From assembly GCA_025055595.1 (NCBI GenBank), contig JANWWU010000083.1, positions 200 to 64,199 on the forward strand: a stretch of 64,000 nt of DNA, written 5' to 3'. The first letter of the stretch is position 1; each line of letters starts with the position of its first letter. This DNA is from Planctomycetota bacterium (GTDB lineage: Bacteria > Planctomycetota > UBA11346). Positions 18,383-27,636 of the stretch are shown in pieces. The translations under genes and the position numbers were made by a program. The notes beneath the pieces were generated by a model that was not told the origin of the DNA, made no database searches, and worked only from the letters and a program-made list of their open reading frames with translations.

Positions 18383-21300
18383 CGAGCGACACGCGCTTCT
18401 GGTCCTGTCTTGACGATCTCGCCGGCCGCCCCGCCGGCAGCGACGAGTTCGCCCCCGATGTCGCCGCGGCGATCGCCGAGCTGCGCGCGGCCCAGGGCCT
18501 GGACCGCGAGGACGCCGTCGATGCACCGACCCTCGACCGCTGGCGCGCCGAGCTGCAGGCCCTGCTGCCCGGCGTCAACCGCCGCAGCTTCCTGCGGCTG
18601 AGCGGGGCGGCGGCGGTGCTGGCGGCGATCAGCGGCTGCGGCGGCGATCCCCATCCCGATACGCTGGTGCCGCTGGCCGCCCAGCCCGAGGGCACCACCC
18701 TCGGCGAGGCCCTGCACTATGCGACGGTCGTCCGCTGCAATGGCGCCCCCTGCCCGGTCGTCGCGCGCTGCTACGACGGCCGCCCGATCAAGCTCGACGG
18801 CAACCCCGACCACCCGCTGATCCGCGGCCGCAGCGATGCCCGGGTGCAGGCCGCGGTCCTCGATCTCTACGACCCCGATCGCGGCGGACTCGACCCGGCG
18901 GCCCCGCGCCAGTACCGCGACGGGCCGCGCCAGCGCAGCGGCGGGCAGTGGCAGCCGACGGGCTGGGGCGAGCTCGATCGCGCGGTCGGCGAGCGGCTGC
19001 GCGAGGCCCGCCGCATCCTGTGGATCAGCGGACCGCTCGACGGCCCGGCGCAGCGCGCCTTCGTCGAGCTGCTGCAGCGCGCGCTCGGCGAGCGGCTGCG
19101 CCACATCGCCTACCACCCCTGGGCCGAGGACAGCGCGGTCGAGGCGCGCGCCCGGGTCCTCGGCGAGCGCAGCGCCCCGCGCTGGCACCTCGAGCGTGCG
19201 GCCGTCCTCGTCACCTTCGCCAGCGACCCGCTGGCCCACGGCGATGTCGCGCTGCAGGCCGCCTACGGCCGGTTCCGCCGCGGGCAGCGCGGCGAGCCGG
19301 GGCAGCTGATCGCCGTCGAGCCGGTGCTGACCCAGACCGGTAGCTGCGCCGATGTCCGCGTCCGCGCCGCGATGGCGGACCTCGCCTGGGTCGCCTGGGC
19401 GGTGGCCGGCGAGATCGCCGCGGCCGAGGGCGCGGCCCTGCCGCCGGCGATCGCGGCGGCGCTGCCCGAGCAGCGCGCGCGCCTCGCCGCCGCCCTGCGT
19501 CCCGTCGCCCAGGACGGCGAGAGCGTCCCGGCAGTCCGCTACATCGCCGAGCGCCTGCTCGCGGCGCGCCGCCGCGGGGCCCTCGCGCTCGCGCTGGCCA
19601 GCGGCCCGACCCACAGCGGGCCCGAGAGCTTAGACCTGCACATCGCCGTGTGCTGGCTCAACCGCCTGCTCGGCGCCGAGGGCCGCGCGGTCAGCGGGGC
19701 CCCGCCGCGCGCCACCCGCGACGGTCTTAGCGCGGCGCTCGCCGAGGACTGGGATCTCGTCCTCGTCAGCCACGGCGCCAACCCGGCCTTCGACCTGCCG
19801 GGGGCCGCAGAGCGGCTGCGCGCCGTGCCCTGCCTGGTCTCGCTCAACCCGACCCGCGATGAGACCGCGGCCCTCGCCCACTGGCAGGCCCCCGGCCTGC
19901 ACGACCTCGAGAGCTGGGGCGACGCCGAGCTCGCGCCGGGGCAGGCCGAGATCCAGCAGCCGGTGATCCAGCCGCTGTGGGACACCCGGGCGGCGGAGGA
20001 GAGCCTGGCGTCCTTCCTCAGCGCCGCCGGGCTGATGCCTCCCGAGCTCGCCAGCGAGCGCGCGGCGGTGCCGGCGCAGCCGCCGCTCAGCGTCGTCAGC
20101 CGCAAGCAGCTGTGGCAGGCCAGCGCGCGCGGCCTCCTGCCCTGGCGCAGCTTCGTCCGACGGGTGTGGAGCGAGCTGCTCGCCGCGCAGGGCCAGGGCG
20201 GGGAGGCGGCGTGGCGCGCGCTGCTGCAGCGCGGCTTCCTCGCCGTCCCGCCGCGCGCCGCGCCGCCGGCCCTACCGCACGCGATCGCCGCCCCGCCGGC
20301 GCCGGCCTCGGCCAGCGCGCTGACGCTCGTCTGCAGCGGCTCGCGCACCGTCGGCGACGGCAGCCAGCTCAACAACCCCTGGCTGCAGGAGCTGCCCGAC
20401 CCCGTCAGCAAGGTGTGCTGGGACGGCTGGGCCGCGCTCTCGCCGGCCGACGCCGCGCGCCTCGGCGTCGCCGACGACGAGGTCATCGAGCTCGCCGTCG
20501 GCGAGGCCCGCGTCCGCCTGCCCGCCCTCGTCCAGGACGGCCAGCACCCCGGCTGCGTCGAGGTCTTCCTCGGCTGGGGGCGCAGCGCCGCCGGGTTGGT
20601 GGCCGACATCACCGCCGCCGATGGCTGGCGCGCCAACGCCTACCTGCTCGCCGGCGGCCAGCGCTGGGGCGCCGCGGTCACGGTGCAGCGGACCGGGCTA
20701 CGCTACGAGCTGGCGCGCACCCAGCACCACCATCGCCTGGCCGGCGAGCGCGTGGCGCGCGACGATGTCTGGGAGCTGCACCAGCGCGATCCCGGGCAGC
20801 AGCGGCGCCAGCCGGCGCACCATGCCTGGGAGCGCGGCACCGACGGCCGGCCGGGCGGACGCCTGTCGATCTGGGGTCGCCACCACACCTACCCCGGCCA
20901 TCGCTGGGGCATGGTCATCGATCTCGACCTCTGCACGGGCTGCGGGGCCTGCATCGTCGCCTGCAGCGCCGAGAACAATGTCCCGGCGGTCGGCCGCGAC
21001 GAGGTGCGCCGCAACCGCGAGCTGCACTGGATCCGCATCGACCGCTACTACAGCGCGCCGGCAGCGGAGGCGGCGGCGCGCCTCGATGTCGCCGTCCTGC
21101 ACCAGCCGATGCTCTGCCAGCAGTGCGACCACGCGCCCTGCGAGGCGGTGTGCCCGGCGAATGCGACGATGAAGAGCGAGGAGGGCATCAACATCCAGGT
21201 CTACAACCGCTGCATCGGCACGCGCTACTGCGCCAACAACTGCCCCTACAAGGTCCGACGCTTCAACTGGTACCAGTACAGCGCGATGCGCGCCGGCCCG

Positions 21301-21762
21301 CAGCGCGCCGGCGAGCCCGCGCAGCGCATCGCGCGCAACCTGCTCGGCGAAGGCTCGGCGATCGCGGCGGCGGAGCGCGCGCACGCCCCGCTGCACTTCG
21401 TCCTCAACCCCGAGGTGACGGTGCGCCACCGCGGGGTGATGGAGAAGTGCAACTTCTGCCTGCAGAGGCAGCGCGCCTGGCGGCGCGAGGAAGTGCGCCG
21501 CCATCAGCGCCTGCCCGACGGCTTCCTGACCACCGCCTGCGCCCAGGCCTGCCCGACGGAGGCGATCGTGTGGGGCGATCTCAACGACCCCGAGGCTCGC
21601 GTCAGCGCGCTCGGCGAGGACCCCCGCGCCTACCGCGCGCTCGATGCCGAGTCGAACACCAGGCCGAAGATCGCCTACCTCGCCAAGCTGCGTCATCGCC
21701 CAGCAAGCGCCGAGGAACTCGCTGCGCTGCGCGCGGCGCTCGGTCCGGAGGCGGCGCGATGA
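18379..21762 (+). CDS. actB: Alternative Complex III subunit ActB (molybdopterin-oxidoreductase-like plus 4Fe-4S ferredoxin-like fusion), Tat-exported
   Basis: The ATG overlaps the actA stop (ATGA). It has a twin-arginine signal RRSFLRLSGAAAVLAAISGC. The C-terminal region has multiple Cys clusters (CTGCGACIVACS, CQQCDHAPCEAVCP, CIGTRYCANNCP, CNFC...ACAQACP). It sits in frame inside the giant 17356..21762 ORF. Confidence 0.92.
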   Translation: MTSDTRFWSCLDDLAGRPAGSDEFAPDVAAAIAELRAAQGLDREDAVDAPTLDRWRAELQALLPGVNRRSFLRLSGAAAVLAAISGCGGDPHPDTLVPLAAQPEGTTLGEALHYATVVRCNGAPCPVVARCYDGRPIKLDGNPDHPLIRGRSDARVQAAVLDLYDPDRGGLDPAAPRQYRDGPRQRSGGQWQPTGWGELDRAVGERLREARRILWISGPLDGPAQRAFVELLQRALGERLRHIAYHPWAEDSAVEARARVLGERSAPRWHLERAAVLVTFASDPLAHGDVALQAAYGRFRRGQRGEPGQLIAVEPVLTQTGSCADVRVRAAMADLAWVAWAVAGEIAAAEGAALPPAIAAALPEQRARLAAALRPVAQDGESVPAVRYIAERLLAARRRGALALALASGPTHSGPESLDLHIAVCWLNRLLGAEGRAVSGAPPRATRDGLSAALAEDWDLVLVSHGANPAFDLPGAAERLRAVPCLVSLNPTRDETAALAHWQAPGLHDLESWGDAELAPGQAEIQQPVIQPLWDTRAAEESLASFLSAAGLMPPELASERAAVPAQPPLSVVSRKQLWQASARGLLPWRSFVRRVWSELLAAQGQGGEAAWRALLQRGFLAVPPRAAPPALPHAIAAPPAPASASALTLVCSGSRTVGDGSQLNNPWLQELPDPVSKVCWDGWAALSPADAARLGVADDEVIELAVGEARVRLPALVQDGQHPGCVEVFLGWGRSAAGLVADITAADGWRANAYLLAGGQRWGAAVTVQRTGLRYELARTQHHHRLAGERVARDDVWELHQRDPGQQRRQPAHHAWERGTDGRPGGRLSIWGRHHTYPGHRWGMVIDLDLCTGCGACIVACSAENNVPAVGRDEVRRNRELHWIRIDRYYSAPAAEAAARLDVAVLHQPMLCQQCDHAPCEAVCPANATMKSEEGINIQVYNRCIGTRYCANNCPYKVRRFNWYQYSAMRAGPQRAGEPAQRIARNLLGEGSAIAAAERAHAPLHFVLNPEVTVRHRGVMEKCNFCLQRQRAWRREEVRRHQRLPDGFLTTACAQACPTEAIVWGDLNDPEARVSALGEDPRAYRALDAESNTRPKIAYLAKLRHRPASAEELAALRAALGPEAAR

Positions 21763-23141
21763 GCGGCGGCGAGCTCGTGCTGCCGGCCAGCGCCGCCGGC
21801 GCGGCACCCGCGCCCGCCGCGCCGGCGCCGCCGACCGAAGCCGCGCGCATCACCGAGGACCTCTGCGCGCCGGCATTCCGCTTCCCCGGCCCGGCGTGGT
21901 GGGCGGCCTTCCTCGCCGCCGCCGGCCTGGCCGGGCTGCTCGTCCTCGCGGTCGCCGTCTACGTCATCGCCGGCTACGGGGTCTTCGGCGTCAACAATGT
22001 CGTCAACTGGGGCAACGACATCGCGACCTACATCTACTGGATCGCGGTCGCGGTCGCCGGCACCATCGTCTCCTCGGTCCTGCTGCTCTTCCGCCAGGGC
22101 TGGCGCACCGGCATCAACCGCGCAACCGAGGCGATGACGATCTTCGCGATCAACATCGCCGGGCTCTTCCCGCTGATCCACACCGGCCGGCCCTGGGTCG
22201 ACTACTGGCTGATCCCGCTGCCCAACGACCTCGCGCTGTGGCCGCAGTTCAAGTCGCCGATCATGTGGGATGTGTTCGCGATCACCGGCTACGCCGTGTG
22301 CTCGATCCTGTTCTTCTACCTCGGCCTGATTCCGGACTTCGCCACCCTGCGCGACCGCGCCCCGCGCGCCTGGCAGCGCCGCCTCTACGGCTTCCTCGCG
22401 ATGGGCTGGAGCGGCAGCAGCGCCGACTGGAACCACTACGAGCGCGCCTACCGCCAGTTCGCTTGGCTGGCGACGCCGCTGGTCATCGCGATGCACTCGA
22501 CGATCGCGACGCTGCTCGCCGTGTCGCACGTCCCGGGCTGGCACGCGACGATCTTCCCGCCGTACTTCGTCGCTGGCGCCGTGTTCGGCGGCCTGGCGAT
22601 GGCCTTCGTCGTCCTCGTCCCGCTGCGCGCCGCCTACCGCCTGCACCGCTATATCACCGACGACCACCTCGAGCGCCTGGCGAAGATCTTCCTCGCCGTC
22701 GGCCTCGCCGTCGCCTATGTCTACGGGATGGAGTTCTTCGCCGCGTGGTGGAGCGAGGCGCCGGCCGAGCGCGAGCAGTTCTGGTGGCGGCTGACGGGCG
22801 AGGGCGCGTGGAGCTTCTGGCTGATGCTGGCCTGCAACCTGCTGCCGATCCAGCTGCTGTGGTGGCGGCGCTGGCGCCGCCATGGAGCGGCGCTCGTCGT
22901 CATCGGCATCTTCGTCAACATCGGCATGTGGTTCGAGCGCTACAACATCCTCGTCCTCTCGCTGCGCCACGGACAGATGCCGAGCGAGTGGACGACCTAC
23001 GCCTTCACCGCCTTCGACTGGCTGCTGCTCGCCGGCTCCTTCGGCCTGTTCTTCGCGCAGATTTTGCTTTTTGCGCGCATCGCGCCGATGGTCTCGGTCG
23101 CGGAAGTGAAGGCCGAGCTGCTCGGGAGGTCGCATGGCTGA
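21759..23141 (+). CDS. actC: Alternative Complex III membrane subunit ActC (NrfD/PsrC-like)
   Basis: The ATG overlaps the actB stop. The 460-aa polytopic membrane protein shows the NrfD-like pattern. Confidence 0.9.
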   Translation: MSGGELVLPASAAGAAPAPAAPAPPTEAARITEDLCAPAFRFPGPAWWAAFLAAAGLAGLLVLAVAVYVIAGYGVFGVNNVVNWGNDIATYIYWIAVAVAGTIVSSVLLLFRQGWRTGINRATEAMTIFAINIAGLFPLIHTGRPWVDYWLIPLPNDLALWPQFKSPIMWDVFAITGYAVCSILFFYLGLIPDFATLRDRAPRAWQRRLYGFLAMGWSGSSADWNHYERAYRQFAWLATPLVIAMHSTIATLLAVSHVPGWHATIFPPYFVAGAVFGGLAMAFVVLVPLRAAYRLHRYITDDHLERLAKIFLAVGLAVAYVYGMEFFAAWWSEAPAEREQFWWRLTGEGAWSFWLMLACNLLPIQLLWWRRWRRHGAALVVIGIFVNIGMWFERYNILVLSLRHGQMPSEWTTYAFTAFDWLLLAGSFGLFFAQILLFARIAPMVSVAEVKAELLGRSHG

Positions 23142-23670
23142 GCCGCTGCCGCCGCGCTGGGTCGCCGGCCTATGGAGCGCGCCGGGGCCCTTCCTGACCG
23201 CCGTCGCCGCCGCGCGCGACGCGCGCTTTCCGCGCCTCGTCGCCTACGCGCCCTGGCCGGTGCACGGCCTGGAGGCCGCCGCCGGCCACCCGCCGAGCTG
23301 GATCGGCCGCGCCGCGCTGCTCGCCGTCGTCGCCGGCGGCCTCGGCTGCAGCGCGTTCTTCTACCACTCCTCGGTCCTCGAGTGGCCGATCAATGTCAGC
23401 GGCAAGCCGTACTTCGCCCCGCAGTTCTGGCTGGTGCCGATTCTCGAGGCCGCCCTGCTGACCGGCGCCGTCGTCACCTTCCTGTCGTGCGGCCACGCCT
23501 GCCGCTTCCTGCCCGGACAGCGCCGCCATCCCGACCCGCGCGTCACCGACGACCAGTGCGCGCTGCTGATCGCCGTCGACGGCGAGCGCTACACCGAGGA
23601 GTCGCTCAGCCGCTGGCTGCAGGACCACGGCGCCGAACGGCTGGTGTACGGCGGAGGGAGCCATGGCTGA
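23134..23670 (+). CDS. actD: Alternative Complex III subunit ActD (DUF3341-like)
   Basis: The ATG with a GGGAGG RBS overlaps the actC stop. The 178-aa protein has one TM. Confidence 0.8.
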   Translation: MAEPLPPRWVAGLWSAPGPFLTAVAAARDARFPRLVAYAPWPVHGLEAAAGHPPSWIGRAALLAVVAGGLGCSAFFYHSSVLEWPINVSGKPYFAPQFWLVPILEAALLTGAVVTFLSCGHACRFLPGQRRHPDPRVTDDQCALLIAVDGERYTEESLSRWLQDHGAERLVYGGGSHG

Positions 23671-24442
23671 GCGCCGCTGGCTCCTGCTCGCCGTCTGCCT
23701 GCTTGCCGCCTGCGGCGAGGAGAAGGACGAGCGCGGGCTGACCGTGCTGCCGGACATGCACTACACGCCCGCGCTCGAGAGCCAGGACGCCGGGGTCGCC
23801 GAGCTGCGGCAGCGCGATCCCCAGGGGCGCGAGGTCGTGCGGGTCGTCCACTATCCGGCGCAGCTCGCGCCGCCGGACGGCGCGGTCGCCCGCGATCGCG
23901 CGCTCGCGCCGCCGGAGGTCGGCGACCTCGCCGCCGCGCGCGCGCTGCGCAACCCGCTGCTGCCGACCGCCGCCGTTCTCCAGCAGGGCCAGCGCGACTA
24001 CCTGAGCTACTGCGCGCCCTGCCACGGCCGCAACGGCAAGGCGGCGACGAGCGCGCTGGCCCCGCACTTCAGCGGCATCCCCGACCTCGCCGCGCCGGGC
24101 CTGATCGTCAAGCCCGAGGGCGAGCTCTACCACATCATCAGCCGCGGCCGCGGGCGGATGCCGGACTTCGCGGCGCAGATCCCGCCGCCGGAGCGCTGGG
24201 CCCTCGTCCACTTCGTGCGCCTGCAGGCGATCGCAGCCAGCAGCGACGAGGAGCTCGCGCGGCTGGAGGCGCAGGCCGCCGGCGACCCGCAGGCCGCGGA
24301 CGCGCAGCGCGCGCTCGCCGAGGCGCGCCGCCTGCGCCGCGCCCTCGGCAGCGCCGGCGAGGGCTGGGAGTTCCGTCCCGAGCCGCCGCCCGAGCCGGAG
24401 TGGCGCCGCCCGCAGTGGCCGCTGCCGGAGGGTCCGCGATGA
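23663..24442 (+). CDS. actE: Alternative Complex III monoheme cytochrome c lipoprotein ActE
   Basis: It has a lipobox-like N-terminus (LLAVCLLAACGEE) and a single CAPCH heme motif. It overlaps the actD stop. Confidence 0.8.
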   Translation: MAERRWLLLAVCLLAACGEEKDERGLTVLPDMHYTPALESQDAGVAELRQRDPQGREVVRVVHYPAQLAPPDGAVARDRALAPPEVGDLAAARALRNPLLPTAAVLQQGQRDYLSYCAPCHGRNGKAATSALAPHFSGIPDLAAPGLIVKPEGELYHIISRGRGRMPDFAAQIPPPERWALVHFVRLQAIAASSDEELARLEAQAAGDPQAADAQRALAEARRLRRALGSAGEGWEFRPEPPPEPEWRRPQWPLPEGPR

Positions 24443-25638
24443 GCGCCGTCGCCCGCATCGAGCGCCTCGATCCGCCGCCGGCGCTGCATCCGACGCTGTG
24501 GCGCTGGCCGGCCTCCGCCGCGGCCGCCCTCGCCGCCGCGGTCTTCTGCGCGCTCTGGCTGGCGGATGCCCCGCGGGCCTGGAGCGGGCTGCTGATCGGT
24601 CTGACCGTCCTGGTCTGGCTCGGCGTCGGCTCGCTGTTCTTCCTCGCCGCCCATGCCCTCGGCGGCGCGCGCTGGACCGTGCCGCTGCAGGGCGTGATGC
24701 ACGGAATCGGCGCCGGCTGGCCACTCGCCCTGCTCGGCTTCGCCGCGATCGCCGCCTTCGGCATCCCGAGCCTCTACGACTGGTCGCTGGCCAACCCCGA
24801 GCGCGGCGCGCTGTTCCGCGATCCGGCCGGCAGCAAGGCCTGGTGGATGCAGGACGGACGCTGGGCGCTCTCGACGCTCGCGCTGCTGGCGCTGCTGTGG
24901 CTGTGCTGGGCGCGCTGGCAGCGCTGTGCCATCATCGATTCCCCGGAGGCGCAGCGGCGGCAGGCGCGCTGGGCCGTCGTCACCCTGCTCGTCCTCGTCC
25001 CGGGCTTCACCTGGCTGTCCTGGGACACGCTGCTGGCGCTCCATGTGCAGTGGGTCAGCGCCGTGTGGGGCGCCCTCTGCCTGACCTCCGCCGTCCATCT
25101 CTTCCTCGGCTGCAGCGCCCTCGCCCTGGCGTGGCTCGGCCAGCACGGGCTGGCCCAGGTGTCGCGCCCGCACCTGCGCCACGACCTCGGCACCTGGATG
25201 ATGGCGTGGAGCGCGGTCGTCGCCTACCTCGCGGCAGCCCAGTACACGATCATCGGCTTCGCCAACATCGACGAGGAGAGCTTCTGGTACCTGCTGCGCC
25301 TGCAGCACGGCTACGGCGCGCTCGCCGCCGCCGAGCTCGTCCTGCGCTGCGCGCTCCCCTTCCTCGTCCTGCTCAGCCCGCGGCTGCGCGCCGCCTCCTG
25401 GGCCCAGGTCGTCGCCGGCCTCGCCATCGTCCTCGGCACCTGGCTGCACCTGCATCTGATCGTCGTCCCCGCCTTCGCCCCCAACCACTTCCGCTCGCCG
25501 CTGGCGCCGGAGTCGCTGATCGCGCTCGGCTGTCTTGCCGGCGGCTTCCTGCTCGCCCTCCGCTGCTGGCGTCGCTGCGGGCTGGTCCCGCTCGGCGACC
25601 CGCGGCTGATCCCGGCGATCAATGGGGATCATCGCTGA
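24439..25638 (+). CDS. actF: Alternative Complex III membrane subunit ActF (NrfD-like)
   Basis: The ATG overlaps the actE stop. The 399-aa polytopic membrane protein is paralogous in style to ActC. Confidence 0.85.
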   Translation: MSAVARIERLDPPPALHPTLWRWPASAAAALAAAVFCALWLADAPRAWSGLLIGLTVLVWLGVGSLFFLAAHALGGARWTVPLQGVMHGIGAGWPLALLGFAAIAAFGIPSLYDWSLANPERGALFRDPAGSKAWWMQDGRWALSTLALLALLWLCWARWQRCAIIDSPEAQRRQARWAVVTLLVLVPGFTWLSWDTLLALHVQWVSAVWGALCLTSAVHLFLGCSALALAWLGQHGLAQVSRPHLRHDLGTWMMAWSAVVAYLAAAQYTIIGFANIDEESFWYLLRLQHGYGALAAAELVLRCALPFLVLLSPRLRAASWAQVVAGLAIVLGTWLHLHLIVVPAFAPNHFRSPLAPESLIALGCLAGGFLLALRCWRRCGLVPLGDPRLIPAINGDHR

Positions 25639-26516
25639 TGAGCGCGCGCGAATACAGCCACCCCGCCCTGTGGACGCTCGCCCTGCTCGGCGCCGCCGGC
25701 GTCATCGGCTGGCTGTTCTTCCACTGGCTCGAGATCGGGCGCCGCCACGCCCGCGACGCCAAGCCGCTCGCCGTCGCCGTCGCCAGCGCGCCGGTCGATC
25801 ACCGGGCGCTGATCGCCGACCGCTCGGAAGCCGTGCTCGAGCGCGGCCAGCAGCTCTACCTGCGCAACTGCGCCAGCTGCCACGGCCCCGAGGGCGACCG
25901 CAACATGACCGGCAGCAATCCGCCGCCGCGCAACCTGCGCCGCGAGCCCTATCAGGCGGAGTGGGGCGGCGGCCCCTACGGCTTCTACTTGACGCTGACC
26001 AAAGGCTGGGGCCAGGGGATGCCGAGCTTCACCAATCTCTCGCCCGCCGATCGCTATGCGATCGTCCACTTCGTCCGCGAGCGCTGGCAGCGCGGTACCG
26101 CGCTCTACGTCGCCGAGGATCCGCCGGCGGTCGCGGCGCAGATCCCGCAGCCCGGAGCGGCCGGCGACGGCCCGCGGACCCCGCCGCACCTCGTCGACCA
26201 GCCCGCGGCTTTGCACCCGCTGCTCGCTGTCGTCGCGCGCGAGAGCGCGCAGCGCGCGGCGCGCATCGAGGCGGCGATGACCGAGCTCGGCGCCGAGGCC
26301 GGAGCCGAGCTCGCCGACCTCGTCGCCGCCGTGCGCGCGGCGCCGCTCGGCTGGCAGGAGCGCCTGCTCGCCGCGGCGGCGAGCGGCGAGGCGGAGCGGG
26401 TGCGGGAGGTGTTGCTCGCCACCGAGAGCGGCCAGCCCGCGCTGGCCCTGGCAGCGCCAGAGCGCGCGACGGCGCTGATCCGCCTCCTGCTGCGCATCGC
26501 CGGAGCGAGGGCCTGA
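25638..26516 (+). CDS. Membrane-anchored class I monoheme cytochrome c with Ala-rich helical C-terminal tail
   Basis: The ATG overlaps the actF stop (TGATG). It has an N-terminal TM (LWTLALLGAAGVIGWLFF), a CASCH heme motif, a likely Met ligand in GMPSF, and a C-terminal helical tail of about 130 aa. It sits directly before coxB. Confidence 0.8.
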   Translation: MSAREYSHPALWTLALLGAAGVIGWLFFHWLEIGRRHARDAKPLAVAVASAPVDHRALIADRSEAVLERGQQLYLRNCASCHGPEGDRNMTGSNPPPRNLRREPYQAEWGGGPYGFYLTLTKGWGQGMPSFTNLSPADRYAIVHFVRERWQRGTALYVAEDPPAVAAQIPQPGAAGDGPRTPPHLVDQPAALHPLLAVVARESAQRAARIEAAMTELGAEAGAELADLVAAVRAAPLGWQERLLAAAASGEAERVREVLLATESGQPALALAAPERATALIRLLLRIAGARA

Positions 26517-26518
26517 CC

Positions 26519-27634
26519 ATGCGCTGCGTGCTGCTGCTCCTTCTCAGCTGCCTGCTGCTCGGCGCGAGCGAGCCGCCGCCGACCAGCGACATCGACCGCT
26601 GGGTGAGCTTCTTCAACCCCGATCTCTACGCGCTCGCCGGCCGCTGGCCGGCGACCCCGATCGTCGGCGCTTTCGACGCGCCAGCGAGCGACATCGCGCG
26701 CGACACGGCGCGCGCGACCTGGCTGAGCCTGGCGGTGTTCTTGCCCTTCCTCGTCCTGCCGCAGGTGCTGCTGGTGTGGATCATCTGGAAGTTCCGCGAC
26801 CGCGGCGATGGCCGACGCGCCGCCACCTTCGTCGGCAACCATACGCTGGAGATCGTGTGGACCGCGATCCCGATCATCGCGCTCGTCATCGTCAGCGTCG
26901 CGATCTGGGACCTCGTGGTCAAAACCGAGCTGCCGCCGGCCGATCAGCGGCGCGACATGGTCGTCGAGGTCCGTGGCAAGAGCTTCGCCTGGGACTACAA
27001 GTACCAGCGCCTCGGCGGCGAGCGGCCGACGCGCCGTGAGGACCAGATCGAGATCGGGCAGGATGTCGCCGGCCTGCAGGAGCCGCTGGTCCTGGTCAAG
27101 GGCCGGCGCGTCATCCTCAACCTGACGAGCAACGATGTCCTGCACGCCTGGTGGGTGCCGGCCTTCGGGGTCAAGAAGGACACGATCAAGGGCCGCTACA
27201 CCCACACCTGGTTCACGCCGGAGAGGACCGGCTTCTTCAAAGGCCAGTGCGCGGAGCTGTGCGGCCAGGGCCACGGCATCATGCTGATCAGCGCCCTGGT
27301 CGTCGAGGAGCCGGAGTTCGCGCTGTGGGTCGAGCTGCAGCGCCGCCGTGCCGAGACCGTCCGCACCTGGACGGCGCTGGCGGCCCGCGAGGTCGATCCC
27401 GCGGCCCTCGATGCCGCGGTCGCCGCCTACCTCGAGCGCGGCGCCGATCCCTGGCGGCTCTTCGCCCTGCGCTACTGGATGGCGAGCAACCTGCTGTCGT
27501 GGTCGCGGCGGCCCAACGAGTTCCCCCGCGATCCCGACGGCACGCAGGCGACATGGATCGCCGCCCGCCGGGCCCTGCTGGAAGAGGCGATCGCGCGCTG
27601 GCAGGCCCGCGGCGGCCCGAGCACCGGGAGCTGA
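26519..27634 (+). CDS. coxB: Cytochrome c oxidase subunit II (CuA) with C-terminal extension of about 110 aa
   Basis: The signal/TM MRCVLLLLLSCLLLGA precedes the CuA motif H...CAELCGQGHGIM. The extension after the cupredoxin domain has no CxxCH, so this is not a caa3-type fusion. Confidence 0.95.
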   Translation: MRCVLLLLLSCLLLGASEPPPTSDIDRWVSFFNPDLYALAGRWPATPIVGAFDAPASDIARDTARATWLSLAVFLPFLVLPQVLLVWIIWKFRDRGDGRRAATFVGNHTLEIVWTAIPIIALVIVSVAIWDLVVKTELPPADQRRDMVVEVRGKSFAWDYKYQRLGGERPTRREDQIEIGQDVAGLQEPLVLVKGRRVILNLTSNDVLHAWWVPAFGVKKDTIKGRYTHTWFTPERTGFFKGQCAELCGQGHGIMLISALVVEEPEFALWVELQRRRAETVRTWTALAAREVDPAALDAAVAAYLERGADPWRLFALRYWMASNLLSWSRRPNEFPRDPDGTQATWIAARRALLEEAIARWQARGGPSTGS

Positions 27635-27636
27635 CC

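Noticed and set aside
26519-27634. A caa3-type fused cytochrome c domain on CoxII
   Set aside because: The C-terminal extension lacks any CxxCH heme-binding motif.
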